Positions 28,722 to 38,128 of a stretch of 64,000 bases of DNA are shown here, in pieces. The position numbers were made by a program, and so were the translations under genes. Below the pieces are notes generated by a model, which ran no database searches, was not told the origin of the DNA, and saw only the letters and a program-made list of their open reading frames with translations. Each line of letters begins with the position of its first letter. Positions within the stretch are counted from its first letter, which is position 1. The DNA is from a candidate division WWE3 bacterium RIFCSPHIGHO2_01_FULL_40_23 (lineage in GTDB: Bacteria > Patescibacteriota > WWE3 > UBA101185 > 2-01-FULL-41-18). The stretch is from positions 350,433 to 414,432 of the forward strand of contig MEUZ01000003.1 in the NCBI GenBank assembly GCA_001772615.1. The letters run 5' to 3'.

Positions 28722-30308
28722 ATGGAGATAAAAAGATCAGCGCTTTACCTCTTTTTCTTATCCTTATTTTTTTTAGTCTTTATATACGGTAACAAAGCTT
28801 TTGGGATGGCTATCATTTATCCGGAACCTTACCCCGTTTTTACCAATGAACAAAAAGCCGTAATTTACTATGACGAAAAAACCGGAATGGAAACTCTTGT
28901 TGCGTCAACAACCTTCAGAGGTGAAGCTAAAGATTTCGGTTGGATTATCCCAACACCTTCAAAACCAGAGGTTACCGCAGTTAAAGATGATATCTTCACG
29001 GCGCTTGATGCCCTCACGCAACCTAAGTATGATTACCCGGCACCTGTTATGCCCTTGTATTCACTATCAGGTCTTTCTGTATCCGAAAGGGCGGTAGATA
29101 CCGTTAAAGTTTTAGAAACCAAAAACGTTGATGTTTATACCACAACTATAGTTGAAGCCAACGATAAAGAATCTCTTTTAAAATGGCTTGAAGAAAATAA
29201 TTACAAAGTTTCAAAAAGTATGGAGTTTGTTCTTAATGATTATGTTAATAAAAACTATTACTTCGTTCTTGCCAAAATTAATACTGAAGCCTTAGGAGCT
29301 TTTGTTTCAGGCCAGCTTAAAGAAGGTCATATTAATCCCCTTAAAGTAACTTTTGCAACCAAAAATATTATTTATCCATTAAGACTAACGGGCGCGGGAT
29401 CATATCAGGAAGCAGGGAGAAAAATTGCGGCATACTCCTTTGAGCAAGGTATGGAAGGCTGGTGGATTGACTACGCAACCTACAAACCCTCATCTCAACC
29501 GGGGGCATCTTCAGAACCCGTACAGGTTGCCCCTAATACTGCGCTATCAACAGATTTCTCCAAACACGGCACTTACTCACTAAAGATCACAGGACAAAAT
29601 GCAACAAGCCTTAAAACTACTGTGTCAGATCTGACGCCCGGGACTCAATATGTACTATCGGCATATGTCAGAAGCAAAAACCCTGTATCGGGAAATGCCT
29701 TGCTAAGAGTAGAGGGCGGAAATTTATACCTTAAATCAGCGCCTCTTTCCTTAAGAGAGTTGGCAGATTGGAAAAAGTTGGAGCTTCCTTTTGCCGCAAC
29801 TTCAACCTATCACGAGCTTTACCTTACCGTAAGCGATATGAGTACGGAAGGAGAAATATATTTTGATGTGATACAGCTTGAGGAAGGCAGCGTCTCAACC
29901 GAATTCACGCAGGAAAAACTTCCTAACCAGGGAAAGTATCAAAACTATTATTCAAACTCGGCAACTGTTTTATTGTATGTAATTGCCAATCACAAAAAAG
30001 ATGTTCCGGGTTTTACAACAGCATACGCGGGCTGGGTTAAGGAAGATAAGCTTGAAAAACTTTCAACTCTTGACAGCGGGGAGCCGTGGATGAATTTCAC
30101 GGGAAGGAAGTATCTTACAAAACTTTCAAGGTACATGCCCTATTCACAAATGAATAATGATCTTGTTATTAATAATGCCGAGAACAATAATCCTGTCGGA
30201 ACCGGTGAGGTTTATCTTCAGAAGCCTTTTAGATTTTTATTCGTTATCATTCTTCCTATAGCGCTTGAAGTTGCATTAATTGTATACTTTATTAAAAGGA
30301 GGAAATAA
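28722..30308 (+). CDS. DUF2330-like surface protein with inserted carbohydrate-binding-like domain and C-terminal TM anchor
   Basis: EQKAVI, DFGWIIPTPS.P, L.WLEENNY, IIYPLRLT; SFE.G...W...G.YSLKI...Y.LSAYV...YFD.IQLEEG beta-sandwich insert; TM plus KRRK tail. Confidence 0.7.
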   Translation: MEIKRSALYLFFLSLFFLVFIYGNKAFGMAIIYPEPYPVFTNEQKAVIYYDEKTGMETLVASTTFRGEAKDFGWIIPTPSKPEVTAVKDDIFTALDALTQPKYDYPAPVMPLYSLSGLSVSERAVDTVKVLETKNVDVYTTTIVEANDKESLLKWLEENNYKVSKSMEFVLNDYVNKNYYFVLAKINTEALGAFVSGQLKEGHINPLKVTFATKNIIYPLRLTGAGSYQEAGRKIAAYSFEQGMEGWWIDYATYKPSSQPGASSEPVQVAPNTALSTDFSKHGTYSLKITGQNATSLKTTVSDLTPGTQYVLSAYVRSKNPVSGNALLRVEGGNLYLKSAPLSLRELADWKKLELPFAATSTYHELYLTVSDMSTEGEIYFDVIQLEEGSVSTEFTQEKLPNQGKYQNYYSNSATVLLYVIANHKKDVPGFTTAYAGWVKEDKLEKLSTLDSGEPWMNFTGRKYLTKLSRYMPYSQMNNDLVINNAENNNPVGTGEVYLQKPFRFLFVIILPIALEVALIVYFIKRRK

Positions 30309-30934
30309 TGGCTCTTGCTACGGTGGCGCCCTATACATACATGAATCCCTATGATTTTATCGGCCCGGTAATAGTTCTTGGAGCATTAATACTCTTGGTT
30401 GGAGCAGGATACCTTATTCTTAAATTTATACTTGGCGGTGGGACCGTCTCATCTAAAATTGAATCCGCTAAAAGAGGCTATTATTATCTACTTTCTTTTA
30501 TCACTCTTTCAATCCTCTACTTTGCGGCATCGGACACCTTGAGTCTTTTACTCTCAACCATTACAGGGTCTAATTACTACGGGTACTCATATGAAAATTT
30601 CGCAAGGGGAATTGCCTTAAGAGCGGCAGTACTCATTGTTGTCCTCCCGGTTTATATTTACCACTGGTTTGCCGCCTCAAAACAGGTTCTCTCGCCAGAT
30701 GAAGAGGTAAGAAGCTTTGCGCAAAGGGAAAGAAAAGGGTACGTCCAAATAGTTCTTACTTTTTCAACAATAATACTTATTATTACAGGTGTCAGATTTA
30801 TTTATCTTCTATTGCTTCTTGGCCTTGGTGTTTCGGGAGTTGAACTGTCAAGTTTTACCATGCCGTTTTCATATTCTCTTGGGATTCTTGCCATCTGGCT
30901 TTACCATTTAAAGATCCTAAAAGAAAATTCCTGA
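30308..30934 (+). CDS. Membrane protein (DUF5671-like)
   Basis: Repeated Y.YL.SFI.L ... P.Y.YHW and W.YH TM units. Confidence 0.65.
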   Translation: MALATVAPYTYMNPYDFIGPVIVLGALILLVGAGYLILKFILGGGTVSSKIESAKRGYYYLLSFITLSILYFAASDTLSLLLSTITGSNYYGYSYENFARGIALRAAVLIVVLPVYIYHWFAASKQVLSPDEEVRSFAQRERKGYVQIVLTFSTIILIITGVRFIYLLLLLGLGVSGVELSSFTMPFSYSLGILAIWLYHLKILKENS

Positions 30935-31012
30935 AATCTTTCCGAAAGACTTGTTTTTTCATCCACCTTTAAAACCGTTTGACATTTAAACTATGCGTTG
31001 ATATATATAAAT

Positions 31013-31220
31013 CACACGGCACCTCCTTGCCGGAGTCAATGTCGATTGGGTGGTTGCTCCCAAAGTAACCACCCAAACTAATAACCCACAGATCCGACTT
31101 CAAAAAGAAGGATCTGTTTACAGTGCGGCCCACCAGGTTTTGCTGTCCGCGAGAGGCCCGCAAAACCTGACACCGAAGAGGGGACCTATGAGTGCTTTCG
31201 CATCCAGGGTCCCCTATTTT
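31013..31220 (+). ncRNA. Candidate structured non-coding RNA (5 hairpins)
   Basis: TTGACA 30979 with an AT-rich -10 17 nt later; stems CGGCA/TGCCG, TTGGGTGGTTGC/GTAACCACCCAA, CAGATCC/GGATCTG, CAGGTTTTGC/GCAAAACCTG, GGGGACC/GGTCCCC then TATTTT. Confidence 0.6.
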
Positions 31221-31224
31221 GTAC

Positions 31225-31289
31225 GTCATTCCTGCGAAAGCAGGAATCTGGAGATCCCAGGTCATCCGCCAGCTGGCGGACGGGATGAC
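31225..31289. repeat. REP-like GTCAT...ATGAC element
   Basis: GTCATTCCTGCGAAAGCAGGAATC...TCCGCCAGCTGGCGGA..GATGAC. Confidence 0.8.
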
Positions 31290-31300
31290 ATAAAGTCAGT

Positions 31301-33139
31301 TTAAGAAGACAAAACACTTCTAAAAGCTTCTTGCGGGATGTCAACTTTTCCAAATCTCTTTAAACGTTTTTTTCCTTCTTTTTGCTTTTCAAGAAGTTTA
31401 TCCTTTCTTTCCCTATGTCCACCTGACATTTTCTTTAAAACATCCTTTCTTACTGCGGGAATATTTTCCCTTGCAATAATCTTTCCCGAAATTGCCGCCT
31501 GGAGAGATATTTCAAACTGGTGCTTTGGAATTACATTTTTTAACTTTTCCAGAACGCTCCTTCCATACTTTTGCGCGCTCTCCGCGACAACAATTTGAGA
31601 AAGGGGACCAACAATTTCTCCATGAACCAAAATATCAAGCTTTACGGCGTTAACAGGGCGATAATCCAAAAAGTCATAATCAAGACTTCCAAATCCCGAG
31701 GATACTGACTTAAGCTCATCAAAAAAGTTTAATATAAGCTCTGAAAGCGGAAGTTCGTATGCAAGTGTCACCTTTTTTTCAGAGAGGTAATCCATCCTTT
31801 TTAAAACACCTCTATGATTTTCGCAAAGCTCTATAACTCTTCCGAGAAAATCGGTCGGGACAAAAATTGATATTTTAATCCAAGGCTCATAAATTTCCTT
31901 GATCTCCGAAATAGATGGCATTTGAGACGGGGAATCCACTTCAACTTCGGATCCCTCATTAAGTTTGACTTTATATGAAACGTTAGGTATTGAGGAAATA
32001 AGATTTAAATTGTACTCGCGCTCAAGTCTTTCCTGCACTACTTCGGCGTGAAGTAAACCAAGAAAGCCGCATCTGAATCCAAAGCCAAGGGCTGATGAAG
32101 ACTCCGGCTCAAAAGAAAGGGAAGAATCTGACAGGCTTAATTTCAAAAGAGCTTCCCGCAGTGCCGGGAATTTATCATTTTCTGTAGGGTAGAGTGATAG
32201 AAATACAAAAGGCTTTACTTCCTTGTAACCCGGTAGGGCTTCTGAAGTAGTTTCGGTTTTGAGGGGAATGTCCCTGTCTAAAACTACAGTATCTCCAACC
32301 CTCACCTTTTTTATTTCCTTTAAACCTGTTGCAATATACCCAACTTCGCCTGCAGAAAGAATTGAAGCCTTTTTCCTTTGCGGAGAGAAAAATCCAATCT
32401 CTTCAGGAAAAGAGCCAACTCCCGTCGCAAGAAATCTAATTTTCTCTTTCTTTAAAGTATCCTCTTGTGAGATCTTCCCATCAACCACTCTCACTAGTGC
32501 AACAACCCCGAGGTATTCATCAAAAAAGGAATCAAAGATCAAAGCCCTGAATGGACCGTCCTCCTTTCCTGAAGGCGGTGGAACTCTTTTAATTATCTCC
32601 CTTAAAAGATTTTCCGTATTCTGCCCGGTTTTTGCGGAGACAAAAACAATATCTTCTTTTTTAAAACCTAAAGTTGAAACTAAATCTTTCGCAACTTTTT
32701 CAGGCTCGGATGAAGGAAGGTCAATTTTATTTACAACCGGAATTATCGTTAAACCTGCTTCCATTGCCTTATAAACATTTGACAAGGTTTGGGCTTCTAT
32801 ACCCTGCGTTGCGTCCACAACCAAGACCGTGCCTTCGCACGCGGCAAGTGACCTTGAAACTTCATATGAGAAGTCAACGTGCCCCGGTGTGTCAATAAGG
32901 TTAAGTTCGTAGGTCTCCGACTTTTCGGGGGTGTAAAACATCCTAACGGCCTTCAACTTTATTGTGATGCCCTTCTCCCTCTCAAGGTCCATGCTGTCAA
33001 GAGTCTGCTCACGCATCTCCCTTTTATCTAAAGTTTTAGTAATCTCAAGAAAGCGGTCCGCCAAAGTTGACTTCCCATGGTCAATATGGGCAATAATGCA
33101 AAAATTCCTTATATTCTTTGGAGAAATACCTTCCCGCAT
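31301..33139 (-). CDS. lepA: Elongation factor 4 (LepA)
   Basis: IRNFCIIAHIDHGKSTLADR, DTPGHVDF, GFRCGFLGLLH; likely ATG 33139. Confidence 0.97.
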   Translation of the reverse strand: MREGISPKNIRNFCIIAHIDHGKSTLADRFLEITKTLDKREMREQTLDSMDLEREKGITIKLKAVRMFYTPEKSETYELNLIDTPGHVDFSYEVSRSLAACEGTVLVVDATQGIEAQTLSNVYKAMEAGLTIIPVVNKIDLPSSEPEKVAKDLVSTLGFKKEDIVFVSAKTGQNTENLLREIIKRVPPPSGKEDGPFRALIFDSFFDEYLGVVALVRVVDGKISQEDTLKKEKIRFLATGVGSFPEEIGFFSPQRKKASILSAGEVGYIATGLKEIKKVRVGDTVVLDRDIPLKTETTSEALPGYKEVKPFVFLSLYPTENDKFPALREALLKLSLSDSSLSFEPESSSALGFGFRCGFLGLLHAEVVQERLEREYNLNLISSIPNVSYKVKLNEGSEVEVDSPSQMPSISEIKEIYEPWIKISIFVPTDFLGRVIELCENHRGVLKRMDYLSEKKVTLAYELPLSELILNFFDELKSVSSGFGSLDYDFLDYRPVNAVKLDILVHGEIVGPLSQIVVAESAQKYGRSVLEKLKNVIPKHQFEISLQAAISGKIIARENIPAVRKDVLKKMSGGHRERKDKLLEKQKEGKKRLKRFGKVDIPQEAFRSVLSS

Positions 33140-33158
33140 GGGGAGAATTGTAGCATAT

Positions 33159-33192
33159 AAAAATCCCCGTCTAGTTGAACCTAAGACGGGGA
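33159..33192 (-). terminator. Intrinsic terminator
   Basis: Minus strand TCCCCGTCT...AGACGGGGA-TTTTT. Confidence 0.75.
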
Positions 33193-33197
33193 ACAAA

Positions 33198-33539
33198 CTA
33201 CTTCTTTCTGAAGGGAAACGCAAACCTTAACGGGAGGAAAAAATGAATTCCCGCAAGAGTCATAACCACGGCATTGGCGACCGAAAGCGTGAAGCCGGGT
33301 TTATACTCAACATAATTAAGCGTAAAAGTCGGAAGGATTGCCCCCCAAAGAAAAATCTTGGAGATAAACCTTGCCGCTTTTCCGCTATTCTGACTGGCCC
33401 AGATCCCAATCGCTCCTAAAACATAAGCTATGGGGCGATAGTCTGAAAATGACCTGGCTACGAGCACCCCAGCAAAAAACATCAGAACTCCAAGTAGAAC
33501 AGGACCTAAAAGGTCCCTGTCAAATGAGGTCCTCTTCAT
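33198..33539 (-). CDS. Small orphan 4-TM membrane protein (cassette-like)
   Basis: GAAAGGAG upstream, hydrophobic ORF, own terminator. Confidence 0.7.
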   Translation of the reverse strand: MKRTSFDRDLLGPVLLGVLMFFAGVLVARSFSDYRPIAYVLGAIGIWASQNSGKAARFISKIFLWGAILPTFTLNYVEYKPGFTLSVANAVVMTLAGIHFFLPLRFAFPFRKK

Positions 33540-33586
33540 CTTCGTCTTCGTCTCCTTTCAATTTGGATAGAATTAATTATATCATA

Positions 33587-35269
33587 CTATAGGCTCTGAT
33601 CTTGAACTCCTCCTGGAACGTCCCCGCTTGCTACTGATGCAACACTAGTAGCTGCTTCCACTCCCGATTTAAACCCAATCCTTCTTATAAGCCTGTACAA
33701 TAACTCCACCTCCCTGACTGAAAACACCTTAGTAAAAAGCAAATAAGATAAAAATCCAAAGAGGCAAGCCGTAAGAGTCAAAATCAAAAGCGGAACGGTT
33801 CTTGTTGTATCAAAGATAAACTTTTCAAGAAGCTTCATCGGCGCATATAAAGATATTCCCATAAATAAAGCGGCATAGCTGATCTTAACAAAAGGATTAA
33901 ATAAGGATTCAAGGTTAAAACCCGAAACTTTTTTATGAAGAAGAAACATTAATATAAGAAAGTCAAAAATACTGCTGACCGAATAAGAAAAGGCAATTGA
34001 CCAGACACCGTAATTCAAAACCTTAACAAGATAATACGAAAACGCAACATCAAAAGGTATTGTAAAAAGCATTACTTTAAGAGGAGTTTTTGTATCATGA
34101 AGCGCGTAAAAGGCTCTTGTAACAAGATAAACCGCGCTTTGGGAAAAAATTGACAAACTAAAGAAGGCAACCGCGTAAGAAGTGGCAAGCGTCGCAAACC
34201 ATGAAAACTTTGACGTTCCATAAACAAGCCTTACAACAGGCACTCTTAAAACAAGGAGAACAATCGCCGCAGGAATCACAAGAAAAAGCATCTGGTGCAA
34301 TGAAGTTGTAAATGTTTCTTTAAATTTTTCAAATTTCTGATCATCTGATTCATAAGCGAGGGTTGGAAGCGCTGCGTTTGCGATAGAAACACCGAAAAGA
34401 TTAATCGGAAAGCTTTGAAGCTGCTCCGCAAATTTAAACACAACTACGGAGGACGAAGAAATAAGTATGGCCAAAGATGTGTCAATTAAAGCTGAAACCT
34501 GATTTATGGCTGAAGCGAGAAGCCTTGAAGGAGTAAGTTTTAAAATTTCCCTCACACCCTTTTCCTTAAAATCAAGACTAAAGGAATGAGAAAAATTAAC
34601 CCTCTTAAGGAGGGGAAGCTGGATCAGAAGATGAAGAATGGCCCCGATTACGACGCCGTAAGCGGCGCTTCTTACACCCATAAAGGGGGCAAGAAAAACC
34701 ACACCCAAAATCATCCCGACATTGTATAAAACGGGGGCAAGAGATGGGACAAGAAAGTACCTGAAAGACTGAAGGATGCTTGTCACAAAGCTTGAAACTA
34801 TAAGGATAATTTGAGCAACAACCATAATCCTCATAAGTTCTTCACCAAGCAAAAGCTCTGACTCCGTGAAGTTCCCAAGAGACATTGCAAACATAAGTTT
34901 CTTCGCAAAAATAAAAGCTAAAATACCAAGAAGCAGGAAAGCAAAAAGCGAAATATTAATAATAGATGAGGATATGTGCCAGGCTTCCCCCTCATCTTTT
35001 TTCATATATGAAGTAAAAATAGGGATAAAAACGGAAGAAAAAGTCCCAACAACAAGGATGCTGAAAATAAAAGAGGGTATCCGATCAGCGGTAAAAAAGA
35101 CTCCAAGATCCGATGAATCCCCAAAGTAAGAAGATAAAACCCTAGTCCTTACAAAAGAAAGAAGAGCCGCTAAAGCGTAGGTTATACTGATTATTGAAGC
35201 GGCCGAAATTATGGTTTTTTGCGTCTGAAAGAGAAATGAAGTCCCGTTTTTAAGCACTGACTTGACCAT
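33587..35269 (-). CDS. murJ: Lipid II flippase MurJ (MviN)
   Basis: R.P, F.P.F, QLP.L, RAFYA..DTKTP; multi-pass membrane protein. Confidence 0.93.
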   Translation of the reverse strand: MVKSVLKNGTSFLFQTQKTIISAASIISITYALAALLSFVRTRVLSSYFGDSSDLGVFFTADRIPSFIFSILVVGTFSSVFIPIFTSYMKKDEGEAWHISSSIINISLFAFLLLGILAFIFAKKLMFAMSLGNFTESELLLGEELMRIMVVAQIILIVSSFVTSILQSFRYFLVPSLAPVLYNVGMILGVVFLAPFMGVRSAAYGVVIGAILHLLIQLPLLKRVNFSHSFSLDFKEKGVREILKLTPSRLLASAINQVSALIDTSLAILISSSSVVVFKFAEQLQSFPINLFGVSIANAALPTLAYESDDQKFEKFKETFTTSLHQMLFLVIPAAIVLLVLRVPVVRLVYGTSKFSWFATLATSYAVAFFSLSIFSQSAVYLVTRAFYALHDTKTPLKVMLFTIPFDVAFSYYLVKVLNYGVWSIAFSYSVSSIFDFLILMFLLHKKVSGFNLESLFNPFVKISYAALFMGISLYAPMKLLEKFIFDTTRTVPLLILTLTACLFGFLSYLLFTKVFSVREVELLYRLIRRIGFKSGVEAATSVASVASGDVPGGVQDQSL

Positions 35270-35300
35270 AATGACTCATATGCTATCATAGGCTTCGTCT

Positions 35301-35612
35301 ATGGCAAACACAAAATCAGCCCTAAAGGCGTTAAGACAATCAAAAAAGAGGGCAAGCGAAAATCTGTTCTGGAAAGAAAGGGTAAGGTCCTTAGTGAGAG
35401 AAATAAAGACGCCTACTTCAAATCCTGATATACTTAATGAACAATTCAGTAAGTTGCAAAGCTACCTGGACAAAGCGGTTAAAAACAAAGTTATTCACAA
35501 AAATAAAGCCGCCAGACTTAAGTCCAGAGTGCTTAAAGCTGCCCATGCCAAATCAACAAAACCCAAACCCTCCAAAGGATCAAAGCCCCATAAGTCCGAA
35601 CCTGATAAGTGA
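35301..35612 (+). CDS. rpsT: 30S ribosomal protein S20
   Basis: MANTKSALKALRQ, LDKAVK..VIHKNKAARLKSR. Confidence 0.95.
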   Translation: MANTKSALKALRQSKKRASENLFWKERVRSLVREIKTPTSNPDILNEQFSKLQSYLDKAVKNKVIHKNKAARLKSRVLKAAHAKSTKPKPSKGSKPHKSEPDK

Positions 35613-36126
35613 AATTGAAAGACCTTATTCCAAAACCATTGTACAGCGATCAAATACTCTTTTAATCATAGCGGGGTATTTACTTCTTATTGCCGAGATA
35701 ATTTCAGCGAGTCTTATAGCTTTTAATGTGAAGATTACAAATGACCTTAAAGAGATAGATGCTACCTTTAAAGAAAAAGCAACTCTACTAAATGACTACA
35801 AGGACTTTGAGGCAAAAGCCATCCGTGTATCAAAAAAAATTGACTCGTTCTATAGAATCAAAGCACTAAATGACAAAAAACAGCAGAAAATAAAAATAAT
35901 TTATGATTCAACTCCCGCGGACGTACAGGTCTCAAGCTTTTCACTTTCCGAAGGGATTTTATCTCTTGGTTTAAGAGCATCGGAGGGAGTTTCCTTTGCA
36001 AAATTTATAGCATCATATCTTTCAAATAGTATTGTAAAAGAGATCTCTTTAAGTTCGGCGGTTTACGACCCTGTATCACAAGGCTATGAATTCCGGGTTG
36101 ATGTTTACATTACGGAGGGGAAATGA
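35545..36126 (+). CDS. PilN-like type IV pilus assembly protein
   Basis: TM + coiled coil + P.DV..SSFSL ferredoxin-like domain; precedes a PilO-like gene; start uncertain. Confidence 0.55.
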   Translation: MPNQQNPNPPKDQSPISPNLISEIERPYSKTIVQRSNTLLIIAGYLLLIAEIISASLIAFNVKITNDLKEIDATFKEKATLLNDYKDFEAKAIRVSKKIDSFYRIKALNDKKQQKIKIIYDSTPADVQVSSFSLSEGILSLGLRASEGVSFAKFIASYLSNSIVKEISLSSAVYDPVSQGYEFRVDVYITEGK

Positions 36127-36713
36127 GCCCGCTTCAATTTAGATTCTGGAACAGATATCAAAGACAATATCTTTATGAGCCAAAGAAAAAAGCAACTTTG
36201 CTTCTTGCAACCATTACCGTTTTACTAGTTCTCATTTATCTTTTTGGCATCAGAAATCAAATTACTCTAATTAAAGAAAGATTAGCCTTTATAAAAGAAA
36301 AGGAAACTAAAATTAAAACCATGAATGAAAATCTGGAAATTTTATCCACAATCAGACCGGTATACAGCCAGTCCGCAGGCTCAATCAGAAAGCTTGAAGA
36401 TTACATACCCGATGAAGAAGCCCTCCCTGACCTTCTTGAGTATATGTCAATTTCTGCTCCCAATTACGGCTTTCAGTTAATAGGCCTCTTCCCAAGAGAA
36501 GAACCCTCGGACGATCCAAATCTCAAAGCTACAAGGCTTGACATCAGATTTTCTGGGAGTCCTCAAAGAGTCTTTGATTTAATAAAGGAGTTAGAAAACT
36601 ACAAGCGCTTTATTGGAGTAAATTCAATAGTAATAGGGAGCGGGCAAGTTTACGGATACGAGGAAACCAGGCTTGATGTAACGGTTTACTCCCTTAAGGA
36701 GGCCAATGAATAA
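36123..36713 (+). CDS. PilO-like type IV pilus assembly protein
   Basis: TM, coiled coil, IPDE..LP.LL, G......LI..LEN..RFI.V. Confidence 0.7.
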   Translation: MSPLQFRFWNRYQRQYLYEPKKKATLLLATITVLLVLIYLFGIRNQITLIKERLAFIKEKETKIKTMNENLEILSTIRPVYSQSAGSIRKLEDYIPDEEALPDLLEYMSISAPNYGFQLIGLFPREEPSDDPNLKATRLDIRFSGSPQRVFDLIKELENYKRFIGVNSIVIGSGQVYGYEETRLDVTVYSLKEANE

Positions 36714-36879
36714 AAGAGCTTTCTTTTTAGTATGTACAACTTTAATAACCGTAGTATTATTAATATGGATAAACTTTTACTTTGAATATATTTACGAAGG
36801 AAGTGCCAATGTGGTATCCTTAAGAGAGACAGGGTTAAGTGTAGAAAAGTTTGAAGGTCTTAAAAACCTTGTCAGGTAA
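36706..36879 (+). CDS. Small single-TM protein (57 aa, not in ORF track)
   Basis: AAGGAGG SD, MNKRAFFLVCTTLITVVLLIW...; overlaps the pilO-like stop. Confidence 0.6.
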   Translation: MNKRAFFLVCTTLITVVLLIWINFYFEYIYEGSANVVSLRETGLSVEKFEGLKNLVR

Positions 36880-36887
36880 GCCTGCCT

Positions 36888-37445
36888 ATGAATTCTACAG
36901 AAGCCAAACAGGGATTTATAACTTTTGTAATAACACTCGTTGTTGCAAGTGGAGTTTTTGCCGCTTTGTATCTTGCCGTAAATAAACTTAATACAAAAGC
37001 GGAGGTTGAAGTCGCAGTCAGTGACCAGACCGTTGTAAGCGCGCCTACCCCCGCACCAAGAGAAACTGCGAAGGAAGAAAAACAGAAGGAAAATGTATTT
37101 GCAGCGCTTGTCAAACCTGAAACCCCAACAGAAGGGAGTGCTAAAGATGATGTGAAAAAGGAAGAGGTAAAAGGAGATACGACAACCCTTGCAACAGACA
37201 CACCCAAACAGGAAACAAAGCAGGAGTTAAAAAAGCTTCCCGAGAAAAGTTCCAAAGTCCTCGGAGCCGCGGATAACGCACCGCAAACTACACCAGGCGC
37301 CGTACCGACAACCGGCACAGGATCTTTCACATCTCTTATTCTTATTTCAGCTATTTTTATAATTTACGGAACTTACTTTGGGCTAAAGAGGGCAAGACCC
37401 CTTGCAATAAGAAACTTTGAAAGAAGGATAACTAAAGGACTCTAA
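36888..37445 (+). CDS. Putative sortase substrate (VPTTG sorting signal)
   Basis: N-terminal TM, T/P/E/K-rich linker, VPTTG + TM + KRAR tail; convergent with sortase. Confidence 0.65.
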   Translation: MNSTEAKQGFITFVITLVVASGVFAALYLAVNKLNTKAEVEVAVSDQTVVSAPTPAPRETAKEEKQKENVFAALVKPETPTEGSAKDDVKKEEVKGDTTTLATDTPKQETKQELKKLPEKSSKVLGAADNAPQTTPGAVPTTGTGSFTSLILISAIFIIYGTYFGLKRARPLAIRNFERRITKGL

Positions 37446-38128
37446 CTCACAAGTTCTCCCACTACAAGAAGTCTTAATGTTTTTGAACCAGGCGGGACGC
37501 AAGTCATAAGAATTGCCGTCTTACCGACTCTTGGCTTTTTCAATGGGTTCATATCAAAAACATCCACCTCCGAAGGCTTTAAAACAATTCTTTGAGAAAC
37601 TTTGTAAGTGTAGTCTTTCCCATCGTAGTTCATAGTAAAAGTGTCTCCCTTTGAAAGTTTAGTGAGAGTAGAAAATATAGTTTTATAATCCTTTGGATTA
37701 AAAAAGATCGGAAGAGCGGAATGACCGTATATAAAAACATTTCCCTCTTCCCCGGGCAGCGAAGTACCTTTGTAATGCCCAAGAAAGTTATCGGGAGCAA
37801 GGTTTACCGAATTAGTCTCAACTTTAGCTCCCTTTATCCCAAGCTTTGGAACCGAAAGTGTAAAAACCGCAGGCACATTTTTCACCGAAATTTCTCTTTT
37901 ATCCTCTCTTGAAAGCTCCGAAAAACTAAATTCACTAAATCCTGTCTCCTCCTTTACAACACCTGGAACAATAGGACTAGTAAAAACAGTGCTTAACTTA
38001 AGATTTAAAAAAGGAGATATAATAAAAGTTGCGATAAGCGTTACTCCAAAACCGATTAAAATTAAAGGAAAAATAAAAGAGATAACGAAAAAATGTGTGT
38101 TCGCCCCTGAAAGAAACTTCATAGTCAA
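37442..38128 (-). CDS. Sortase
   Basis: HYKGTSLPGE.GNVFIYGHS, LMTC.PPG....R catalytic H/C/R. Confidence 0.9.
   Translation of the reverse strand: MTMKFLSGANTHFFVISFIFPLILIGFGVTLIATFIISPFLNLKLSTVFTSPIVPGVVKEETGFSEFSFSELSREDKREISVKNVPAVFTLSVPKLGIKGAKVETNSVNLAPDNFLGHYKGTSLPGEEGNVFIYGHSALPIFFNPKDYKTIFSTLTKLSKGDTFTMNYDGKDYTYKVSQRIVLKPSEVDVFDMNPLKKPRVGKTAILMTCVPPGSKTLRLLVVGELVS

Noticed and set aside
31013-31220. tmRNA, RNase P, SRP or tRNA identity for the structured RNA
   Set aside because: No T-loop/CCA end, no GAGGAAAGUCC, no SRP helix-8 motif visible; left as unknown.
30969-31304. 98-aa and 84-aa ORFs across the structured region
   Set aside because: They translate hairpins and the REP element (IPAFAGMT, RHSCESRN are repeat-derived peptides); no SD or protein-like features.
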